Source: Flavobacteriaceae bacterium (GTDB lineage: Bacteria; Bacteroidota; Bacteroidia; Flavobacteriales; Flavobacteriaceae). From it: a stretch of DNA of 32,000 nt. The position numbers and the translations under genes are program-made. The notes beneath the pieces are model-generated. The model was not told the DNA's origin and did not search any database. It was given only the letters and a program-made list of their open reading frames with translations. Below, in pieces: positions 18,760-26,119 of this stretch (position 1 is the stretch's first letter; the number at the start of each line of letters is the position of its first letter). The stretch lies in the NCBI GenBank assembly GCA_965224465.1, contig OZ245049.1, forward strand, positions 2,670,001 to 2,702,000, given 5' to 3'.

Positions 18760-19728
18760 TTAACCCGCTAAAATAGCATCCATTAGCCAGGCAGTTTTAA
18801 GTGCAGAATCCCCCATAGAAGGGTGGATATATCCATGACCTAAAAGGTGTTTTTGCATGTTTTGAGTATGAAATAATTGAATGTTTTTAGGGTTTTCAAT
18901 AAACAATTCTTTCACAGTATCGTTGGTTTCTAATAGCAATGCCTCGTCATTAAACATAGAAAAGGAGATTTTCCCTTCTGACCCAATTAATTCGACTTTA
19001 TCTTCACGTTTCCAAGCTCCAAAATTCCACGAAGCAACTCCTAACAGACCGCTGGAATGTTTCCAAGTAGCAGTCACAGCATCTTTGGCGGAATAATTCC
19101 CCTGTTGATTGATAGCAATACCTTTTGCTGCAACTATATCGCCCAATAAATAGTCAAATAAATTCAATCCATGAGACGCCAAATCATCAAAATATCCTCC
19201 TGGTGCCGTATTTTTATTCGTACGCCAATTTACAGCTCCCTGTACATCCATAATAGGATTTGGTGTTTTTGACAACTGCCAAGATACTTGCCTTAGCGTT
19301 CCTATAGCCTTCATATCCAACCATTGTTTAACCTGTTCAAATCTAGGTAGCGAGCGTCGGTAATAGGAAACAAAAAGCGGAATATTTTTAGCCGTAAATA
19401 AAGCGCATAACTGTTTAGATTCCTCATAGTTTACAGCCATTGGTTTTTCTACACAACATATTTTTCCTGCTGCTGCCACCAAGCTTGCATAATATAAATG
19501 ACTATCTGGAGGCGTAGCAATATAAACGGCATCAATTTCTGGATGATGAATCAACGCGAGGGCATCCTCAAAAAACAAATCGATTTGGTGTCGTTTTGCA
19601 AAATCAGCTGCTTTTAAAATATCCCTACCCATAACAGCTTTTACACAAAACCCCTGTGTTTTTTGATAGGCTGGTACACTTTTAAGTTCGCATACCTTTC
19701 CAATTCCGATAACTCCCCAATTGATCAT
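18760..19728 (-). CDS. Gfo/Idh/MocA-family NAD(P)-dependent oxidoreductase
   Basis: N-terminal Rossmann start MINWGVIGIGKV, the EKP motif (CVEKPMA) typical of the family, and a C-terminal alpha/beta dimerisation-type region. Confidence 0.85.
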   Translation of the reverse strand: MINWGVIGIGKVCELKSVPAYQKTQGFCVKAVMGRDILKAADFAKRHQIDLFFEDALALIHHPEIDAVYIATPPDSHLYYASLVAAAGKICCVEKPMAVNYEESKQLCALFTAKNIPLFVSYYRRSLPRFEQVKQWLDMKAIGTLRQVSWQLSKTPNPIMDVQGAVNWRTNKNTAPGGYFDDLASHGLNLFDYLLGDIVAAKGIAINQQGNYSAKDAVTATWKHSSGLLGVASWNFGAWKREDKVELIGSEGKISFSMFNDEALLLETNDTVKELFIENPKNIQLFHTQNMQKHLLGHGYIHPSMGDSALKTAWLMDAILAG

Positions 19729-19810
19729 TTTATGTAGCGCATTTAGTTACAGAGGTAAAACTACAAAAAAAGCCTCTCAGAAAAAATCTAAGAGGCTCCT
19801 TTTTATAAAT

Positions 19811-19932
19811 ATGCCAATTACAAGCCAAAATGACCGATATAAATGGTTTATTATACGTTCTAGCGTTGTTGAAAAACAGAACGATAGCGAAAGCTATCCT
19901 TCCATCTTTCACCTAGCTATAATACCTATAAT
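19811..19932 (+). repeat. MITE-like intergenic repeat, copy D (right end missing)
   Basis: atgccaattacaagccaaaatgaccgatataaatggtttattatacgttctagcgttgttgaaaaacagaacgatagcgaaagctatcc...ctagctataata. It abuts the stop codon of the OmpA-like gene. Confidence 0.75.
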
Positions 19933-20643
19933 CTAATTCCCAGAAGACTGGTTTTTAGCATCATTTTTCATTTTACTATTCGGTAAAATAACAACGTTTA
20001 CACGTCTATTTTTAGCACGACCTACCTTGGTGGCATTGTCAAATTTAGGTTGTGTTTCTCCGTACCATTGCGTGGTAAAACGCTGTGCACCTAAACCTTT
20101 AGAACTGATAAAGTAATGAGTTACTGCATTGGCTCTTTTTTTAGATAAATTCATGTTTAATTGATCTGAACCAGCACTATCTGTATGCCCAACAACCAAT
20201 ACATTGGTGTCAGCATATTCACGAAGCACAGCTGCCAATTTATTCAATGTTTGTTGCGAAGAATAATTGATATTAGATTTCCCAGTATCAAAATAGACCC
20301 CACTTTTTTCATCAAAAGTAATCACAATTCCATCATCCACACGTTCTACAACAGCTCCTGGAATTTCATTTTCAATTTGTTGTGCTTGGTCATCCATCTT
20401 TTTACCAATCAATACACCTGCAGCACCACCAACAACACCTCCGATGATAGCTCCTAACTCAGAATTCTTTTTACTCCCAACATTGTTTCCAATAATAGCA
20501 CCCAAAATAGCACCACCAGCAACACCGATAGCACCGCCTTTTTGTTTATTATTAGCGTTTTGTAAAGAGCTACAACCTCCTAAATTAAGGGTCACTAACA
20601 GTACGAGTAATCCTAAACCTATGTTTTTAATTTTCGTTTTCAT
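19933..20643 (-). CDS. OmpA-family lipoprotein with an N-terminal glycine-zipper region
   Basis: The start MKTKIKNIGLGLLVLLVTLNLGGC (lipobox) at 20643 is preferred, because the longer ORF overlaps the upstream gene. Gly-zipper: GGAIGVAGGAILGAIIGNNVG. OmpA-like motif: VVGHTDSAGSDQLNMNLSKKRANAV. Confidence 0.85.
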   Translation of the reverse strand: MKTKIKNIGLGLLVLLVTLNLGGCSSLQNANNKQKGGAIGVAGGAILGAIIGNNVGSKKNSELGAIIGGVVGGAAGVLIGKKMDDQAQQIENEIPGAVVERVDDGIVITFDEKSGVYFDTGKSNINYSSQQTLNKLAAVLREYADTNVLVVGHTDSAGSDQLNMNLSKKRANAVTHYFISSKGLGAQRFTTQWYGETQPKFDNATKVGRAKNRRVNVVILPNSKMKNDAKNQSSGN

Positions 20644-20654
20644 AATTGTATTTA

Positions 20655-21131
20655 TTAATTTGTTTTCGTAAAATTCATGTAAATATGGAAAGGTTTCCCT
20701 TCTAAAGATATGGTCTGTCTCCATTTCATTGTTTGAGCTGTTAAGTGTTCTAACCAAACTCTATAGCCATTGTTATTCTCAGATTTATGTTTGGCATCTG
20801 TAGGTTTTAATAAAAAATCGTACAAACCAGTTTGAGCGTCCACTTCTTGTATCTTAAAGATAAAGTTTCTCGCCCCTGCGTTACAAGTACCATTCTCTAT
20901 TGTATAGATTCCTGTATTATTATTAGGGATAAATTTCCATAAACTCCCTTCAAAACATTCTTTACTAACATCGCTAAACATGGTAACATTAAATGTCCCT
21001 GACTCACTATAGGTAATACTACTAAGCTCCCATGTTCCTTTCATTATTTTTTTTGATTGTCGTATCACTTTTGTCCCTCCACAAGAAGTTAAAATTACAG
21101 ACACAAGCAATACCAGCATCATTTTTTTCAT
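20655..21131 (-). CDS. Lipocalin-like small lipoprotein
   Basis: Signal plus lipobox (VILTSC-GG). 158 aa with beta-rich composition and GTWELSS near the N-terminus, as in bacterial lipocalin-like domains. It lies 11 bp upstream of the OmpA-like gene. Confidence 0.55.
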   Translation of the reverse strand: MKKMMLVLLVSVILTSCGGTKVIRQSKKIMKGTWELSSITYSESGTFNVTMFSDVSKECFEGSLWKFIPNNNTGIYTIENGTCNAGARNFIFKIQEVDAQTGLYDFLLKPTDAKHKSENNNGYRVWLEHLTAQTMKWRQTISLEGKPFHIYMNFTKTN

Positions 21132-21415
21132 AAGTTTTATATTTAAGTTGATTTATATTAATTATTCATTTTTACCATATATCCTATAGGTAACTTTATA
21201 GCTTTACAAGTACTATACCAATAATAGTGATCTTAGATTCCACGAAACCGAAAGATATTTTGTGTAGCTGGTTTTTAATGCATTAGAGTCAATAAAAACA
21301 ATATATTTTATATTAAAAAATAAATTCTTATCATTATTTACCGTTAAAAACTTCCCCCAATACAACAAGAAAAACAACTACGGACAAATATACAATAGAT
21401 TAAAGTATTTAAAAA

Positions 21416-22813
21416 TTAACGCTTATAAAACTTAAAGCCTATACAAAGTACTCCTACTACTAATGCAATATACAACAGCGCATTTGAAGTAGTAATACCA
21501 CCGTATAAAACGATAAGAGCTCCTAAAATAGCGATAGTACTAACTCCGTATTTAACAATCTTACCCCCTTTTAACGCTCCGTTTCTAATTAATTTAAACA
21601 GCCCAGCGTATAAACTTAAATTTATTAAATACACAAAGGTTACGGGAATATTAGACAGATCAAATTTTGAAACGACAAAAACAGGCATCGTACTTGTACA
21701 ATAAAACACAACAAACATAATCGCAAATAACACCAACATAAGATAAGCGCTATTTAATGGCATCTTGGTTTTTTGATCAATCTTAAGTACATTTAAAAAG
21801 TTACGAGAAGCCCCAGAGTTCACCAACTGGTAAGGCACACGAAGCCCTCCAATTAACAGTGCATTTCCAGCTCCTAATACAGAAACAATAATACATAGTT
21901 GCATTATAATAGCCCCCAAATCTTTTCCGATTTTACGTGCAAATTCCGTGATATACGCATCTCCATGGGCAATAACGCCATCACTCCCCATATTAAAAAC
22001 AATCCCTAAATAATAAAAAACATAGATAAATAGCACTAAACTAGTTCCTGCGATTAAAGCCAAAGGCAAATTGCGTTTTGGATTGATCACCTCTCCAGAA
22101 ACTTGAGTAGCTACATACCAACCATCAAAAGTAAATGCTATGGGAATAAAGGTCGCCGAAGCCAAGACAAACAAACTAGAATTACTAGGCACCGAAGTCA
22201 ACGCATACGTTAAGGAATTGACCTCGTCCAAATCCCCTTTTATAATACTCACAATGCCGATGCCAGCAATTAAGATTAAAGGGATTACTTTTATAACAGT
22301 AGAGATTCCTTGAAACAAACCACCCAATGATGGCTTTTTAACATTGATAAAAAACAATATTAAAAAACAGAGGAAGCCTACTGTGGAATAATGAATGAAA
22401 TTAGGCGTAAACGCAATAAATTCTTTGAGAAGATTTACAATATAAATTCCGGCAACAGTGTACAACACCGCCCCCAAAACAGGATAGTAAACACACATGT
22501 AAAACCAACCCACAAAAAAAGAAGGTTTTTTACCAAATCTAAATTCGGTATATTTTAACAAGCCACCTTCCTTAGGAAGCAACTCCGCATAATAAGCAAG
22601 AGAAATCGCTCCTAGAACCACAGAGATACCAACAACGACCCATCCGATAAGTCCTGCTAAAATATTCCCTTGCGCCGCAATTAAAATATCATCTACCTTA
22701 AAAAAAATCCCAGAACCTATTACACATCCTATGACCAAACTAATAGTAGTTCCTAAACCATATTTTGGGGCTAAACTTTGACTCATTATATTACCTTGTA
22801 AATTAACCGACAA
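21416..22813 (-). CDS. APC-superfamily amino acid/polyamine permease
   Basis: About 12 predicted hydrophobic helices. The N-terminal GxG-type motif LVIGCVIGSGIF is typical of APC transporters. An alternative start is Met-10 (ATG at 22786). Confidence 0.82.
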   Translation of the reverse strand: MSVNLQGNIMSQSLAPKYGLGTTISLVIGCVIGSGIFFKVDDILIAAQGNILAGLIGWVVVGISVVLGAISLAYYAELLPKEGGLLKYTEFRFGKKPSFFVGWFYMCVYYPVLGAVLYTVAGIYIVNLLKEFIAFTPNFIHYSTVGFLCFLILFFINVKKPSLGGLFQGISTVIKVIPLILIAGIGIVSIIKGDLDEVNSLTYALTSVPSNSSLFVLASATFIPIAFTFDGWYVATQVSGEVINPKRNLPLALIAGTSLVLFIYVFYYLGIVFNMGSDGVIAHGDAYITEFARKIGKDLGAIIMQLCIIVSVLGAGNALLIGGLRVPYQLVNSGASRNFLNVLKIDQKTKMPLNSAYLMLVLFAIMFVVFYCTSTMPVFVVSKFDLSNIPVTFVYLINLSLYAGLFKLIRNGALKGGKIVKYGVSTIAILGALIVLYGGITTSNALLYIALVVGVLCIGFKFYKR

Positions 22814-23263
22814 AGATAGAAAAGGACATTAAATATTGGTATAAAAAACCAAAAATCGAACCATAAATATACGCAATCGTTATAGAAGCAGAAAAAGGCA
22901 ACATCAACACCCTCAACCTAAGGGAACAAGGCATACATCCGTCTGACTATTTTATATGATGAGGTAGAGCCATAGCCAATAAAAATAACAAGACTCCTTC
23001 AAAGAAAAATAAGAGTTTCTCCTGAAAAAGAAGGGCTATTTCACTAATATACATTTGATGTTACACTGACAGTTAGTCTTTTAGGTGTCTTTTAAAAAAA
23101 CAACGCGACTATCAACACCTAGTCTAGGTATTAAAGCAATTGGAACGCTTGGTATATTGCACTCTAAAAAATAAGTGCTTATACCAATTACAACCGACCT
23201 CAACGCTAAAAATAAAACACGCTGTATCATCGCAAATTACGCCATCAAAAAAAAACAGTCCGC

Positions 23264-23569
23264 TTATTTATATTTTTTAAAAATCTTAGCATCTGCTACA
23301 AACGTCCCAAAAGGGATGATAGAAGCCAACAAAGCCCAAAAAGTAGTTTTTAAAGACCATTTAACGCTAAACTGAACCACAAAAACAAGGAACACATACA
23401 GCATAAACAATACTCCATGAACCATTCCTACAGGGCGTGTAGGCTCTGGCATATCGAAAAGATACTTCATAGGCATGGTAATACCTAAAATCACCAAATA
23501 AGACACTCCTTCTATGAAAGCTACCAATCGTAAAAAACCAAGGCTTTTATTAAAGTCTTTTTCCATCAT
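23264..23569 (-). CDS. Small integral membrane protein (DUF3817-like)
   Basis: 101 aa with three or four hydrophobic helices. The pattern FLRLVAFIEGVSYLVIL...PVGMVHGVLFMLY resembles the DUF3817 family. Confidence 0.65.
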   Translation of the reverse strand: MMEKDFNKSLGFLRLVAFIEGVSYLVILGITMPMKYLFDMPEPTRPVGMVHGVLFMLYVFLVFVVQFSVKWSLKTTFWALLASIIPFGTFVADAKIFKKYK

Positions 23570-23656
23570 ACATCAATTAAATTTGAAGGCAAAAATACTA
23601 AAACCTTCTGAAAAACACACGGTAAACAGTGAGGAAAATAAGAACTATAAAATACA

Positions 23657-23727
23657 CCAACCAAACCGCTACTTTAGATTAAAAAACAATTCTATTTCTA
23701 AACTGTCTCTTGGGAATGTGTTGATAT
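23657..23727 (+). repeat. Right-end fragment of the MITE-like repeat (F-type variant), copy H
   Basis: ccaaccaaaccgctactttagattaaaaaacaattctatttctaaactgtctcttgggaatgtgttgatat. It shares a 29-nt perfect block (23675-23703) with 27552-27580. Confidence 0.6.
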
Positions 23728-24056
23728 AAGAGTATTTGTTGCATAAAACGTAATATAAAAAAGTCAACATCTACAAAAAATATTTCAGGACATTACCCCT
23801 AACAGAGAATCAAGTTGAAAACACTCTTTAAAAATAGAATTTCACAGCAAACAAACAACAGACTACAACTAGATGACTCCTTGACATCTACTCCTTCATA
23901 AAGACACGCTACGATACAAATATTCAATCGAAAAGGCAATCAAACAGCGAACGATCTAAAATAATCCAATCAATAAGCTGTACTATAAGGTATTACCGAT
24001 ACATCCGCTCTAACGGTTAAAACTATAATAAAAATAGTGCACATAACATTATTTTG

Positions 24057-24064
24057 TATATTTG
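24057..24064 (+). promoter_or_regulatory. Candidate Bacteroidota -7 promoter box (TAnnTTTG)
   Basis: tatatttg matches the TAnnTTTG sigma-A -7 consensus of Bacteroidota exactly and lies about 180 bp upstream of the Hcp-like start. No convincing -33 TTG was seen. Confidence 0.2.
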
Positions 24065-24242
24065 AACAATGTCTATTAACGCATATACGGTAAAAAACTA
24101 CCACTATCTATGTTCAAAAACAATGGGCATATCATAATAAACACATAGTTACTAAACAACAAGAAATGAAATGGTCAAGTATTAATTAAAAAACAGCAAT
24201 AAACTAAAGTACAACACCAATTTACACTAGAAATAAAAAAAT

Positions 24243-24950
24243 ATGAGCAGTTTTAAAGGCATTGCCAAAATAGACGGAAAAGAAAGAAATTTATTAAGAG
24301 CCGAATACACATTATACAAATTACGAGACATCACTGGAAATCCAACTACATCCACTCGCAAAACACCAATTCAATTAATGTTTGAATCAACTGGATTTGA
24401 TGACGACTTGTACTATTATATGTTTTCAGCGAATGCTAGTTTTAGCGGAGAGTTACTTTTTTATGACCGAGATGGATTAAAAACACTGTATAAAGTAGAG
24501 TTTCATAACGCTTACATTATAGGGCTTACTGAAGAATTCAACCACGAAGACAATTTACCTTTACACATTAAATTATCTATAACCTGTGGTGCCGTTAAAA
24601 TAAAAGGAGTTAAAAAATTAGAAAACTGGGTATTTAACGACCCTTTTGTAAATATTAAAGAAACGAAACTTGAAAGAAAAGAAGAACCACATTTGATTGA
24701 TTTCTATTACGTAGACACAGAAAACAACAGGGAACCCAAACTAACCTACGGAGATGAAATTTATTTAATTGTAGAAAGTCAAGGGATGATTGGAGATACG
24801 GTAGATTTAAAACTCAATGACAAAACACTAGACTTTACATACAAAGGAAACCGTCTTAAAAACGACACTATTGAAGATTACAAAATAAGAACTAACAGAG
24901 ATAAAATATCTCTTACAGTAATTGAAGAAGATAACGAAGAATTAGAATAA
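24243..24950 (+). CDS. tssD: Bacteroidota-type T6SS tube protein Hcp/TssD with a ~100-aa C-terminal extension
   Basis: Residues 1-~128 follow the Bacteroidales/Flavobacterial TssD pattern: F-x-A-x-L-x-x-x-GKE-x-x-L, Y-x-L-x-x-D-x-x-G-x-P, ESTxxD, an F-x-x-xD block, E-F-x-N-A-Y-I, then P-L-x-I-x-L-S-I and IKI-G-x-x-x-x-NW. Canonical TssD ends around there, but this ORF continues for about 100 more residues. Confidence 0.72.
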   Translation: MSSFKGIAKIDGKERNLLRAEYTLYKLRDITGNPTTSTRKTPIQLMFESTGFDDDLYYYMFSANASFSGELLFYDRDGLKTLYKVEFHNAYIIGLTEEFNHEDNLPLHIKLSITCGAVKIKGVKKLENWVFNDPFVNIKETKLERKEEPHLIDFYYVDTENNREPKLTYGDEIYLIVESQGMIGDTVDLKLNDKTLDFTYKGNRLKNDTIEDYKIRTNRDKISLTVIEEDNEELE

Positions 24951-24951
24951 A

Positions 24952-25278
24952 ATGAACGAAAATAAATTTCAAATAATATACAAAGGCAAGGTAGAAAAAG
25001 AAATTTCTATTCAACTTCAAGACATCGATCGAGAAATAAAAGAACAACAAAAAGGGACTAACTATACTCGTGTAAACGAAGAAGGCACAACTTTAATGCA
25101 GGTGAAACATGAATTTATAAATATTGGTGAAAGTTTTGCTCAAATAAAATACAATACCTCTGCTACAATAACAGAAAGAGGTACGGTTGTAGTAAGCCAG
25201 TTTAAACAAGAGATTACATCAAGAGAGAAGAAGTTTGGTACTACAAGAATTCAAACGGGAATTTTGAAGGCTCATTAA
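24952..25278 (+). CDS. Small hypothetical protein (possible effector adaptor or chaperone, or the N-terminal part of the downstream toxin)
   Basis: 108-aa ORF whose ATG lies one nucleotide after the Hcp stop. No signal peptide, no TM and no recognised motif. Its 3' end overlaps an open upstream extension of the next ORF. Confidence 0.5.
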   Translation: MNENKFQIIYKGKVEKEISIQLQDIDREIKEQQKGTNYTRVNEEGTTLMQVKHEFINIGESFAQIKYNTSATITERGTVVVSQFKQEITSREKKFGTTRIQTGILKAH

Positions 25279-25367
25279 CTGAAGCTAAACTAGCATTTCC
25301 AGATGTAGATTTTAAAGAATTAAAACAACCCGAAATAGGAAATATAGATCATAGAGAATATGATCAC

Positions 25368-26117
25368 ATGCAAATCAATCCTATCTTACAGCCTTTAACA
25401 TGGGAAACTATTAACGAATATGACGGAGAAAAACAAGGCGGACCAACAACTTGGGAGAAATGGGCAGACGCAACACAGATAGCTTTAGATGTTGTAGGAA
25501 TGATTCCTGCTGTAGGAGAAATAGCAGATTGTATTAATGGAGTTATTTCATTAGCCAGAGGTAATTATGCCGATGCAGCATTAAGTTTTGCCGCAATGAT
25601 TCCTTTTTTCGGAACTGGAGCAACTATAGCAAAACAAGTAAGAAAACTTAAAAAGATAGTTAATCTCGAAAATGCTAAAGGTGTTTACGATATAATTGTA
25701 AAAAACGGAGAAGAAATTCAAGGTGTTTACGACTTAATTATCAAAAACGCAGAAGATGCTCAAGGGTATGTTGGGCAATCTAAAAATATTTTTCAGCGCT
25801 TTACACAACATTTTAACCCTAAAAGAGGTAAATTGGCTCATAAAGTTATAGAGAATGGTTCCGTAATTCATAAAATGGCTGGATCTACCAAATTAGAACG
25901 CGAAATGTATGAACAGTTCGTGATTTTAGAAAAATATGGAGGAGACATTACTAAAAAAGGGAATAGCGAGCTTCATAAACTTTTAAACAAAGTAAATCCT
26001 GTTGGCGGTAGGTTTGATTTAAAATCAAAAACAGGACGAGAATTATTTGATGAAAAAGCATTAAAAATTGCAAAAAAATATAATTTACCAACAACATTTG
26101 ACCCTATACTATTTTAA
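25368..26117 (+). CDS. Polymorphic-toxin-type effector: pre-toxin TG (PT-TG) domain plus a GIY-YIG (URI-type) nuclease domain
   Basis: PT-TG-like segment: ALDVVGMIPAVGEIADCINGVISLARGNYADAALSFAAMIPFFGTGATIAK (two hydrophobic helices and a TG motif). C-terminal GIY-YIG pattern: GVYDL-x12-YVGQS-x6-R-x3-H ... LEREMYEQ ... LLNKVNP. Confidence 0.6.
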   Translation: MQINPILQPLTWETINEYDGEKQGGPTTWEKWADATQIALDVVGMIPAVGEIADCINGVISLARGNYADAALSFAAMIPFFGTGATIAKQVRKLKKIVNLENAKGVYDIIVKNGEEIQGVYDLIIKNAEDAQGYVGQSKNIFQRFTQHFNPKRGKLAHKVIENGSVIHKMAGSTKLEREMYEQFVILEKYGGDITKKGNSELHKLLNKVNPVGGRFDLKSKTGRELFDEKALKIAKKYNLPTTFDPILF

Positions 26118-26119
26118 CT

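Noticed and set aside
19721-19936. 71-aa (+) and 60-aa (-) ORFs between the oxidoreductase and the OmpA-like gene
   Set aside because: Both are translated largely from repeat copy D, a sequence that is clearly non-coding at its other sites. They are chance ORFs.
20185-20671. Two + strand ORFs (90 aa and 75 aa) opposite the OmpA-like gene
   Set aside because: They are antisense to a gene with clear OmpA and glycine-zipper motifs. The Pro/Ala/Ile repeats are simply the complement of the Gly-rich region.
22850-22865. tRNA T-arm-like string (complement of aaaatcgaacc, i.e. GGTTCGATTTT)
   Set aside because: No acceptor stem, anticodon arm or D-arm can be built around it. I found no tRNA or rRNA gene in the window.
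23181-23240. Possible additional degenerate left end of the MITE-like repeat (ataccaattacaaccgacctcaacgctaaaaataaaacacgctg)
   Set aside because: Only the first ~13 nt match the family terminus convincingly, and the conserved ACGTTCTAGCGTTG core is not recognisable. It is mentioned under the family finding but not called as a feature.
23175-23375. 66-aa + strand ORF overlapping the DUF3817-like gene. Also the 71-aa ORF at 23514-23729.
   Set aside because: The first overlaps a better membrane-protein ORF on the other strand. The second is Lys/Asn-rich low-complexity sequence that runs through repeat fragment H. No coding evidence for either.
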